38,119 nucleotides of DNA, taken from a virus (taxonomy: Duplodnaviria > Caudoviricetes). The notes under the pieces were generated by a model that was not told where the DNA came from, ran no database searches, and saw only the letters and a list, made by a program, of their open reading frames with translations. The stretch covers positions 1 through 38,119 of IMG/VR virus record IMGVR_UViG_3300024310_000006; one strand, 5' to 3'. Below, one piece after another: positions 9,691-16,998 of the stretch (positions are counted from its first letter, which is position 1; each line of letters begins with the position of its first letter). Both the position numbers and the translations under genes were made by a program.

Positions 9691-10415
9691 GCGTCGGGCG
9701 CGTCCCCGGGCCGCCGGCGAGAGGGGGGGGCGGCAGTTCGGGTCAGCTCTCGACGTTGCTGACCCGTGGGTTTTCCCTCTCTGGCCTTGACCCGACCGCT
9801 TCGGGGTTTTTGTGGACCGATTTCGATCAGGCCACGGCAACAACGGTCATGCCGCCAGGGTGGGCCGGCAGCGTGGCAGGAACAGCGTCGTTTTCGATGA
9901 CCGCCAATACCACCAAGGACGGTGGATGGGGGCGGTTTGCGACGACCGCCATCAACAGCAACAGCGAGGCGGATTCGTTCGGCGCGAACATTATCAACTG
10001 CGCGACGAAGCGATGGTACGTCGCCATGCGATTCATCCCCGTCACCAATCCGCCAACCGATTCCAGCTTCTTCCTGGGGTTCATCAACAACGGCAACAAC
10101 AGGACGATTGGCGCCGGCTATTTCGGCGCTCTGAACGCCACCAACTACGTAGTTCAGTATGACGGCAACGATACCGGCTCGGTGCTGGACCTGGGCGTAG
10201 CCAAGGACAACGCCACAATCCACGTCGTGGAGTTCTACTGCCAGGGCGACTCGAAGATTCGGGCGCGCATCGACCAAGGCGCCGAGGTTAGCGCCACGAT
10301 GGCTTCGGCGCCGGCTGATAGCATTCACCCCCAGGGCCAGTTTCGCAGCGGCGCCACCAATGCAGTCACGTCAATCGACGTGGATTACGCCCTGTATATG
10401 TATCCAAGGACATGA
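9687..10415 (+). CDS. Beta-sandwich structural / receptor-binding candidate, paralog of 8462-9199
   Basis: GTGA-coupled start (MSVGRVPG...); beta-rich Asn/Thr/Gly composition. Confidence 0.7.
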   Translation: MSVGRVPGPPARGGGGSSGQLSTLLTRGFSLSGLDPTASGFLWTDFDQATATTVMPPGWAGSVAGTASFSMTANTTKDGGWGRFATTAINSNSEADSFGANIINCATKRWYVAMRFIPVTNPPTDSSFFLGFINNGNNRTIGAGYFGALNATNYVVQYDGNDTGSVLDLGVAKDNATIHVVEFYCQGDSKIRARIDQGAEVSATMASAPADSIHPQGQFRSGATNAVTSIDVDYALYMYPRT

Positions 10416-10624
10416 TCATGCCTCTGCGATTGCTTTCGTCCGATCCGCTGGTCTCACTAGACACTGCTCTCATGGAGAGGCAGGTCGCAACCTTCGTGAA
10501 GTCGCAGGGAATAACGACACAGGCGGGGTGGGACGCGTTCATCAACGGTCTTACGACCGCTAGCCTCGCCGCAATGCTGGCGACGTGTCAAGGGGTCCTG
10601 CGATCCTTCACGATCACGCCGTGA
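10412..10624 (+). CDS. Hypothetical protein (70 aa), possible fibre chaperone
   Basis: ATGA-coupled to the preceding gene; AAGGA SD. Confidence 0.6.
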   Translation: MIMPLRLLSSDPLVSLDTALMERQVATFVKSQGITTQAGWDAFINGLTTASLAAMLATCQGVLRSFTITP

Positions 10625-10635
10625 GGTGCAAATGA

Positions 10636-10923
10636 ATGAGCGACAACGGGGCTATATCCACACCGCAGCCGCAGGTGGATTCGCCGCCCTTGGGATTGTC
10701 CTTTTCCTTGTCATCGCGCGAATCAACAGCGGCGACCATCTCAGGGACGCTGATTACGTTGGCGGGAATTGGCTCCGTAACGTACCTGTCTCTCCACTTC
10801 GCAGCGGCATCCCCATGGTGGGCAGGCCCGCTGTCCATTGGGATCGTAAGCCTTCCGGCTGCGGCCCGTGCGTCGGCGCTGAGGGCTATCCTGATACGCA
10901 TCTTTGGGAAGGGAAGTAAATGA
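10636..10923 (+). CDS. Putative holin-like membrane protein (2 TM segments, basic C-terminus)
   Basis: Hydrophobic segments TLITLAGIGSVTYLSL and WWAGPLSIGIVSL; C-terminus RIFGKGSK; start of the lysis region. Confidence 0.5.
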   Translation: MSDNGAISTPQPQVDSPPLGLSFSLSSRESTAATISGTLITLAGIGSVTYLSLHFAAASPWWAGPLSIGIVSLPAAARASALRAILIRIFGKGSK

Positions 10924-11435
10924 AGCGTTACGTTCACATCGTCGGCCTTGTCGCTGGCGCCATTCTCACCACGCTGCCCATGCTCGGCGACCTGTTGCCG
11001 GGAACGGTTCTCAAGACCGTCAGCGCCGTAGCTGGCTTCGTCGTGGCGCTGTTCACGAACCTTGATCGCGTGATGAACATCCCGCCCGCGGCGATGACGT
11101 TGCTGTGCTTACTGCCGGCGGCCTCGGTGCTGGTCGGCGCCGGCTGCAAGAGCGGCGGCGGCGTCCCTGGCCCCGTGGTCGCTGTCGGCGAATGCACGTC
11201 GTCCGCCGTGGCGCCGCAGGTGCAGGCAATCATCGCCGACATCTTCAGCGCGTTGACAGGCAGCGATTACGTGTCGCAACTGACCGCCATCGCGGCCAAG
11301 GTCGGCGTCGATATCGTTGACTGCGCTGTGGCCTATGTCGTGGAGCATTCGCAGGAGCAACTGAAGGACGCAAAGAGCGACACCCTGTTGCCAGTGGTCA
11401 TCGAGCACGGGCAGGCATGGCTGGGCCGACGGTGA
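10920..11435 (+). CDS. Membrane protein with internal lipobox-like Cys (lysis accessory / spanin-like candidate)
   Basis: Two N-terminal TM segments, then LLCLLPAASVLVGAG-C and a helical, Cys-containing domain. Confidence 0.6.
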   Translation: MKRYVHIVGLVAGAILTTLPMLGDLLPGTVLKTVSAVAGFVVALFTNLDRVMNIPPAAMTLLCLLPAASVLVGAGCKSGGGVPGPVVAVGECTSSAVAPQVQAIIADIFSALTGSDYVSQLTAIAAKVGVDIVDCAVAYVVEHSQEQLKDAKSDTLLPVVIEHGQAWLGRR

Positions 11436-12154
11436 GTGACGAGAGGAAACACCGCAAAGTGATCCTCGCTTTCCTCAGCCGTTCAAAGCATTTCAGCGCC
11501 ACGGACCTCGCGTTCCAGGCGGCCGCCTGCGACTTGCAGATGCGCCAGCATTTCGCCCTCGCGTGGGGGTTGGAGCCGTGGGCGTGCATCGCCATGGGGA
11601 AAATCACGGCGGTGCCGGGCGAGTTGTTCCACCCCGTGGCCTTCATGGACTCCATCGGCGAGCCCGGGGCGCTCGGTTTCCACGATGACAACGCGGGCTA
11701 CGAATACGCTCGCGTGATCGTGCCGATGGACCGCGCCGATGCGAGCACGGCGAGCCATGAGGCGGTGGAGTTCCGCGCCGATGAGGCGTGCGACCAGTAC
11801 CGCGCCATGGCCGATGGGCGCGAGGTGGCGCTTGAGACGGGCGATCCTGTGGAGTCCGACGGCTACGCTGTGCAGGTGACGATTGCCGGCGAGAGCCGCT
11901 GGATCAGCGTCTCCAACTTCGTGTTGCCGTCGTATTTCATCCCGGGCAGCAAGGGACCGTGGGACTACATGCACCGTCTCAGCGGTCCCGCGCCGGCCAT
12001 GACGCCGGGTGGGTACTTGATTCTGCGCGACTCGAAGTCAGGAGAGATTTCGCAGGTGTTCGCCGACCGCGCGGCGGCGAGGCACTTCGCGCTCAAGAAG
12101 GCGGACCCCACGTCGCGGCTGGCGAGGCGGCTGGCGCAGGCGGCGCAGCCGTGA
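11432..12154 (+). CDS. Zincin-like metallopeptidase (HExxE type)
   Basis: Motifs GALGFHD, STASHEAVE, ETGDPVE and VSNFVLPSYF; GTGA-coupled. Confidence 0.6.
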   Translation: MSDERKHRKVILAFLSRSKHFSATDLAFQAAACDLQMRQHFALAWGLEPWACIAMGKITAVPGELFHPVAFMDSIGEPGALGFHDDNAGYEYARVIVPMDRADASTASHEAVEFRADEACDQYRAMADGREVALETGDPVESDGYAVQVTIAGESRWISVSNFVLPSYFIPGSKGPWDYMHRLSGPAPAMTPGGYLILRDSKSGEISQVFADRAAARHFALKKADPTSRLARRLAQAAQP

Positions 12155-12444
12155 GGCTCGCCGAGCTGCGCCCGAAGTTCTTCATCACCCATGGCGAGCC
12201 CCGCCAAGGGATGGGCGTGGACTTCGACTGTCCCCATTGCGTTTCGCTGCCGCCCGATGAGCGGCAGAAAATCTGCGTTCCGTTCACCAACCCTGTCGAT
12301 GGTGGGCCGCCCATGAGCGGCCTGACGTGGCAGCGTACCGGAGATACCTTCGACGATCTGACGCTGACGCCGTCGATCGACTTCCGTCACGGCGACGGCG
12401 CATGGCACGGCTTCATTACCAATGGCGAGATGGTGACGGTATGA
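12151..12444 (+). CDS. DUF6527-like metal-binding protein
   Basis: FDCPHC ... W ... LTLTPSI ... WHGFITNG signature. Confidence 0.7.
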   Translation: MRLAELRPKFFITHGEPRQGMGVDFDCPHCVSLPPDERQKICVPFTNPVDGGPPMSGLTWQRTGDTFDDLTLTPSIDFRHGDGAWHGFITNGEMVTV

Positions 12445-12545
12445 GCCGCGTTCTCGCATGGTGGATGCTCGGCGGCGGCGCTGGGCTGGCGGTGATCGCG
12501 ATGGCGCTGGCGATTTGGTTCGACATACGCGGAGGTCGCCGGTGA
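12441..12545 (+). CDS. Single-TM microprotein (34 aa)
   Basis: MSRVLAWWMLGGGAGLAVIAMALAIWFDIRGGRR; coupled at both ends. Confidence 0.55.
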   Translation: MSRVLAWWMLGGGAGLAVIAMALAIWFDIRGGRR

Positions 12546-12823
12546 CGTACGCCGTGGGCCAGCAATGGCGATGCACGAGGGCGGCCGGCAGTGCCGGTGT
12601 CGTGGTCGGCGGAACCTACACCGTGCGGCAGGTGATCGACACGCACGCGGCGAGTTTCGTCGAATTCGAGGGCGTGCCGGGACAGCTGTTCTGCCCTGGC
12701 CTCTATCCGAGCGCATGGGCGCTCGAAACGCCCACGCCGGCTCACGGGGACACGGCGACGGTCTCGCAGGCGAGCTGCGCGGCCTGCGTAGCGCTCAGCG
12801 GCCCCTGCTGGAGGCATCGGTGA
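12542..12823 (+). CDS. Hypothetical protein (93 aa), C-terminal CxxC...CxxH
   Basis: GGAGG SD; GTGA-coupled at both ends. Confidence 0.55.
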   Translation: MTYAVGQQWRCTRAAGSAGVVVGGTYTVRQVIDTHAASFVEFEGVPGQLFCPGLYPSAWALETPTPAHGDTATVSQASCAACVALSGPCWRHR

Positions 12824-13281
12824 ACCTTCGCCCATCTGACCATTTCTCGTGGGAGGAGTTCACATGCCACGACGGCACCGAAGTGCCGCTGGAGTACCGG
12901 GGCAATGTCGAGCGCCTTTGCCAGGATGTGCTAGAACCCCTGCGCTCACGCTACGGCGGCGCCCTGATCCCGGTCTGCGGCTACCGCACGGTGTATCACA
13001 ACTTCGCCGTCGGGGGCGCGCCACATTCGCAGCATCTGACGGCGAGCGCGGCGGACATCAGGCCCGTCGAGATGGTGCTGCTCCCGCGGCTCCGCGCCGT
13101 GGTCGAAGAGATGCTCGCCGAGGGCGCGCTAGGTGCGCTGGGCGGCCTGGGTTGGTACCCGGGGCAGTGGGTTCACGTGGACATCAGACCGAGGGCCAAT
13201 GGCGCAGTGGTGCGTTGGATTGGCAAGGGGATGGGCAGCGAAGACAATACGGGCGCACGCCCGACGCAGGAGATTCTATGA
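12820..13281 (+). CDS. Endolysin, peptidase M15A family (Zn D-Ala-D-Ala carboxypeptidase fold)
   Basis: HFSWEEFTCHDG, CGYR, SQHLTASAADI and WVHVDIR give the SxHxxxxAxD and HxD zinc motifs. Confidence 0.9.
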   Translation: MNLRPSDHFSWEEFTCHDGTEVPLEYRGNVERLCQDVLEPLRSRYGGALIPVCGYRTVYHNFAVGGAPHSQHLTASAADIRPVEMVLLPRLRAVVEEMLAEGALGALGGLGWYPGQWVHVDIRPRANGAVVRWIGKGMGSEDNTGARPTQEIL

Positions 13282-14180
13282 AGCGATTCATTCTCGCGGC
13301 GTTGCTCGCCGCATGCAGCACCGAGACCGTGGGCCTCGACCCCGCGCAGGACGCAGCCGATGGCGGCGTGTTCATGACGCAACAGGCGTCAGTGATCCCG
13401 GTGGTCACCACGATCAACACGTCCGTACAGTTCAACTTTGGCAATGGCACCGCATGGAAAGATTCGGCGGTGGCGGCCTCCGACCATGAATACGGGACGC
13501 TCAGGGCATTCCCATCGGGCTGGGACGTGGAGGTCTTCGGGTCCAACTGCCAGTACTTTACCTTCAACGACTGTGACCCCAGCGGGCAGTGCCCTCGTCC
13601 GCACAACTGCACAGTGAGCCGGCTCAACTCATATCAGACGGTGCCCGCGAGCAATATTCAGGCGACCTGGGAGTCAAGTCCCTGCACGCTAAACCTGGCC
13701 TACATGCCACGACTGCAGAGCAGCAAATATACCGCTACATTCAATGGACCGTTTAGCAGCGATACATGGTTCGTTACTGTGTTTTGGGTGCCAATCAATC
13801 CATTCACTGGCGTTCACATGTGGAACGCGCAGATTGCCTATAACGTCCAGATTGCTAACGTCGGCAGTTCCACCGCGACAACTGGGACGTACATGGAGTC
13901 TGGCATGGCAAATGGCGGAGGGGGCGGCTTCTGGGAACTGTATGCCGGCCATGACCTGGCCAACAAAACGTGGCCCACATGCTTCCTGGACGATGACTGC
14001 GAGGATTTTTCGCACAACTTTATACAAATCCATCAGGCCTGCTGGTCGCAGGACCAGATCGAAGACACGGGCATCCAGGGCCAGCCATGCACCAACCCTT
14101 TCGGGCTGACCCCCACGGTTCCATTCACGCTTGACGCTCAGTGCGGGCGGCCCGGCGTCACTGGATGTTGTCCTCACTGA
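13278..14180 (+). CDS. Cys-rich lipoprotein (moron-like)
   Basis: Signal peptide II MKRFILAALLAA-C; many Cys; visibly more A/T-ending codons in 13700-14050. Confidence 0.75.
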   Translation: MKRFILAALLAACSTETVGLDPAQDAADGGVFMTQQASVIPVVTTINTSVQFNFGNGTAWKDSAVAASDHEYGTLRAFPSGWDVEVFGSNCQYFTFNDCDPSGQCPRPHNCTVSRLNSYQTVPASNIQATWESSPCTLNLAYMPRLQSSKYTATFNGPFSSDTWFVTVFWVPINPFTGVHMWNAQIAYNVQIANVGSSTATTGTYMESGMANGGGGGFWELYAGHDLANKTWPTCFLDDDCEDFSHNFIQIHQACWSQDQIEDTGIQGQPCTNPFGLTPTVPFTLDAQCGRPGVTGCCPH

Positions 14181-14300
14181 TCGGCCGGCGTGCTGCTCGC
14201 CAGAACATACGTGCGGCAATGAAAAGGAGCATTCCAGCGGCCCACGCAAGCGGCGCGGCTACGGCGCAGATGGCAAAGACGACCATGGCGGCAGCGTAGC

Positions 14301-14606
14301 ATGCGTTACGGCGCCAAGGTGGACGAGGCACAGCGCGAGCTCGTGCCGGTCTATGAGCAGTTCGGCGCGTCCTGGCAGTCTACGGCATCCGTGGGCCATG
14401 ACTGCCCCGATGGCTTCGTGGGCTTTCTGGGCCTCACCGACCCCATCGAGTTCAAGACGGGCAAGGCCAAGGTCACCCCCGGGCAACTCGAGTGGCACAT
14501 CTCCTGGCGCGGCTCGCCGGTGCGAGTGATTCGCACGCGTGCTGATGTGGTGGAACATCTCGACGATATGCGGCGCCGCTCTCGTGCGCTGAGACGTGCG
14601 GGGTGA
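14301..14606 (+). CDS. VRR-NUC / PD-(D/E)xK Holliday-junction-resolvase-like nuclease
   Basis: AKVDEAQRELV...CPDGFVG...IEFKT...VTPGQLEW...WRG family pattern. Confidence 0.8.
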   Translation: MRYGAKVDEAQRELVPVYEQFGASWQSTASVGHDCPDGFVGFLGLTDPIEFKTGKAKVTPGQLEWHISWRGSPVRVIRTRADVVEHLDDMRRRSRALRRAG

Positions 14607-14827
14607 GCGATCTCGTGCCGGGCTTGCGCGAGGCAGCCCGCATCCTGCGCCATCAGGCGGCGATTCTGCGGGGCCAGGGCTTCGGCGAGACGGCGGCAAA
14701 GGGGGAGACGTGGGCGCGTACCCTGGAGGGCGAAGCCGACGCGGCTGAGGCTCTGTCAGAGCGCGACCCCACCGACCCGCGCACGTCCGTTACCTGTCCC
14801 TGGTGCCGCAAAGAGCTGCTGCCCTAG
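14603..14827 (+). CDS. Hypothetical protein (74 aa), C-terminal CPWC
   Basis: GTGA-coupled. Confidence 0.55.
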   Translation: MSDLVPGLREAARILRHQAAILRGQGFGETAAKGETWARTLEGEADAAEALSERDPTDPRTSVTCPWCRKELLP

Positions 14828-15090
14828 CGGTACAGGGCTTCGCCATCGGGCGCAGTAAACGTGTAGTTGGTTCCGCGGCCGAAGATCAGACGCAGGCCGC
14901 GCCACGCGCGACGCCACCACGGGCCGTGCTCATTCGCCATCCATACGACGGGCTCGCCGTGGTCCGTCCACGAAAGCCGCGCGATGGGCTCACCGTCCGC
15001 CGTGATTTCCCATGCTGTCGTGTAGACGATGCCATCGGCGCCGTTGCCCCATATTTCGAACTGGCGGGAAGCCTGCGACATGGCCGACAT
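14824..15090 (-). CDS. Hypothetical protein, divergent from the HTH gene
   Basis: MSAMSQASRQFEIWGNG...; fills the gap and converges on 14827; start uncertain (15090 or 15081). Confidence 0.5.
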   Translation of the reverse strand: MSAMSQASRQFEIWGNGADGIVYTTAWEITADGEPIARLSWTDHGEPVVWMANEHGPWWRRAWRGLRLIFGRGTNYTFTAPDGEALYR

Positions 15091-15269
15091 GATAACCTGC
15101 GCGCCCCATGCCACGCAACCCAGGCGCCGACGTGCTGCGGTATTTCGCTGGCCGTCTCGACGTGGACGCGCACGCGCGCCGTAGGCGTGGCGATGACACC
15201 GGGGCCGACCAGGCCGCCGCCCTCGCCGATGAGATGCGGGCTGAGGCCGCGCGGTTGGAATCGACACCA

Positions 15270-15302
15270 TTGACCCAAGGTGGTCAACGGTCTACAGTAG
15301 GC
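15270..15302 (+). promoter_or_regulatory. Sigma70-like promoter P1 with operator-like inverted repeats
   Basis: TTGACC(15270)-17 bp-TACAGT(15293); inverted repeats TTGACC-N6-GGTCAA and GTCTA-CAG-TAGGC. Confidence 0.7.
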
Positions 15303-15308
15303 GATGTG

Positions 15309-15542
15309 ATGACCGAGGAACACAGGGCGGCACTTTCGGACAGCAGGTGGGCTGGCAACAACCCCGTGATGAACGCGGCCAAGGCCCACGGCATTGTGTC
15401 GCTGCATGCGCTCGCCAAGAAACTAGGCGAAGACCCGGGGTTTCTGTCGAAGGTCATCCGCGGTAAGCGCCCCATGCCTGAGCGGCTGGCGCGCGCCATC
15501 GAGAAAGCCATCGGCTATCCAGCCTCCGCCTGGAAGCGATAG
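15309..15542 (+). CDS. XRE/Cro-CI-family HTH transcriptional regulator
   Basis: SLHALAKKLGEDPGFLSKVIRGKRPMP HTH; start placed just downstream of P1 (the ORF-track start 15108 is unlikely). Confidence 0.85.
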   Translation: MTEEHRAALSDSRWAGNNPVMNAAKAHGIVSLHALAKKLGEDPGFLSKVIRGKRPMPERLARAIEKAIGYPASAWKR

Positions 15543-15572
15543 CGGGCCACCGGCGGGCGATGCTTTTTATTG

Positions 15573-15601
15573 TTGACTGCGGTCTACACTAGACGTAGCG
15601 T
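15573..15601 (+). promoter_or_regulatory. Sigma70-like early promoter P2 with palindromic operator
   Basis: T-rich upstream tract; TTGACT(15573)-17 bp-TAGCGT(15596); perfect GTCTA-CAC-TAGAC in the spacer. Confidence 0.7.
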
Positions 15602-15622
15602 TGACTCATGGAGGGCCGGGAC

Positions 15623-15982
15623 ATGACGAAGAACAAGACGCTGACCGAGGGAAGCCACCGGGTCGAATCGATCGACACGGGGATGAAGGACGAAAAGGGG
15701 CGCGCGGTGGGCTACTCCGTATCCCGCTATGACGCGACCGTGGTCGAAGCCGGCCCGGGGCAGGGCTACTACCCGTCGATGGCCGGCGTGGATGTTGGCA
15801 CGACGGTCTATGGCGCCCGCGTCCAGCCGACCCGGGATGGCAAAGGATTTGGCGCCTCGGCGGAGCGTATCACGGCCCTTTCCGAAGATGCCCGGGAAGT
15901 TGAGATTGCGCAAAAGCTGACCCAGGGCCGAAAACGCTACGCCAAGAAGTACGGCGCCCCCGCGACGGCGGTGCAGTCGTGA
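15623..15982 (+). CDS. Hypothetical early protein
   Basis: GGAGG SD before ATG 15623 (alternative leaderless ATG 15608). Confidence 0.7.
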   Translation: MTKNKTLTEGSHRVESIDTGMKDEKGRAVGYSVSRYDATVVEAGPGQGYYPSMAGVDVGTTVYGARVQPTRDGKGFGASAERITALSEDAREVEIAQKLTQGRKRYAKKYGAPATAVQS

Positions 15983-16236
15983 GCAACATCATCCGCACCG
16001 CCGACGGGCATTTCGCTGGTGACGACGGGCTGATTCACTGCATCTGCGGCGCGTTGGCGACCGAGGAAGTCAGCGACCAATACGGCACGTGGCACGAGTG
16101 CGCGCGCTGCCGGCACGAGGCGCGCACGCTGGAACTGTCCACGGAGTGGATGAGGCGCGAGACGGTGGAGCTGCCCGCCATCGACGACTTCACCGCCGAG
16201 GGCCTGTTGCGCATGGGCGTGGGGGTGCGGTCGTGA
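15979..16236 (+). CDS. Hypothetical Zn-binding protein (CxCG...CxxC)
   Basis: Coupled at both ends. Confidence 0.6.
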   Translation: MSNIIRTADGHFAGDDGLIHCICGALATEEVSDQYGTWHECARCRHEARTLELSTEWMRRETVELPAIDDFTAEGLLRMGVGVRS

Positions 16237-16505
16237 AAATCGAGGTGACGGCCGAGGATATCGCCATGGGGACGTGCGCCTCAGATGACTGCCCCGTGGC
16301 GCGAGCCATGCTGCGCGAGGGACTCGAGGGCGCGTCCGTGGATGAATGCGAGATTCACTGGATGACCTCCCAGGGGTTCCTACGCACTATCGAAACGCCC
16401 GCGGATGTGGCCGCGTTCGTGACGGCGTTCGACGGCAGCATCCTCGACGCCGAACCCCACCGCGACGCCGTGGTCCCGTTCTCGTTCGAGCTGGAGGTGG
16501 AGTGA
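16233..16505 (+). CDS. Hypothetical protein (MKIEVTAEDI...CPVARA...FSFELE)
   Basis: GTGA-coupled; acidic small phage protein pattern. Confidence 0.65.
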   Translation: MKIEVTAEDIAMGTCASDDCPVARAMLREGLEGASVDECEIHWMTSQGFLRTIETPADVAAFVTAFDGSILDAEPHRDAVVPFSFELEVE

Positions 16506-16717
16506 TGTTCGCCCTATTTTCGAAGAACTGCGACTACAGGCGCGACGAGCCGCGAGTCCACATCGACGTGCGCCCGGACACCAGCGTGAAATCCCTGTGG
16601 GTTCACATTGGCGACATAGCGCTGGCGTTCTCCCTGGAGGAGGCGGCGCTTTTGCGCGACCGAATCACAGCCGTGCTCGCGGCGCAGACGCAGGCGCCAG
16701 CGGAGGTGCGGTCATGA
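16505..16717 (+). CDS. Hypothetical protein (70 aa)
   Basis: GGAGG SD; TGATG overlap. Confidence 0.6.
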   Translation: MFALFSKNCDYRRDEPRVHIDVRPDTSVKSLWVHIGDIALAFSLEEAALLRDRITAVLAAQTQAPAEVRS

Positions 16718-16998
16718 GCATCATAGTCGCGGCGCGCAACATGGCCGGCGAAGTAACGATTACCATCAGCGGCCCAGTCGCAGTGTGTTTCTCGCTGTCG
16801 CCCGAGCAGGCCATCGAGATGTGCGGAGACATCGCGCGGGCGGCGGCTGACGCCGAGGTGTGGCTAGAGCGCACGCTGGAGCGCGTGCGGGTACAGGCTC
16901 ACGTCGAGGCGCAAAGGGCGTTGGCGACGGTGGGCTGCGCCGTGTGCGCGAGCTTTGGCCGCGGTTGTTGCAGAGACCACAGGGAGGCAACGTCATGA
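16714..16998 (+). CDS. Hypothetical protein, C-terminal CxxC...CxxH
   Basis: GGAGG SD; ATGA-coupled. Confidence 0.6.
   Translation: MSIIVAARNMAGEVTITISGPVAVCFSLSPEQAIEMCGDIARAAADAEVWLERTLERVRVQAHVEAQRALATVGCAVCASFGRGCCRDHREATS

Noticed and set aside
8462-10415. Diversity-generating retroelement targeting the paralogous fibre genes
   Set aside because: No reverse transcriptase, and no near-identical TR/VR pair differing at adenines; the similarity is at protein level only.
12849-13277. Upstream extensions of the ORF-track calls 12849, 12565, 11959, 8416, 9393, 16860, 21602 and 23483
   Set aside because: They overlap neighbouring genes; internal starts with SD or stop-start coupling fit better.
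14219-14299. 26-codon ORF in the gap before the nuclease gene
   Set aside because: Too short, with no SD and no motif support.
15108-15308. N-terminal extension of the HTH protein given by the ORF track
   Set aside because: It contains the P1 promoter and operator motifs; the shorter 77-aa HTH is more plausible.
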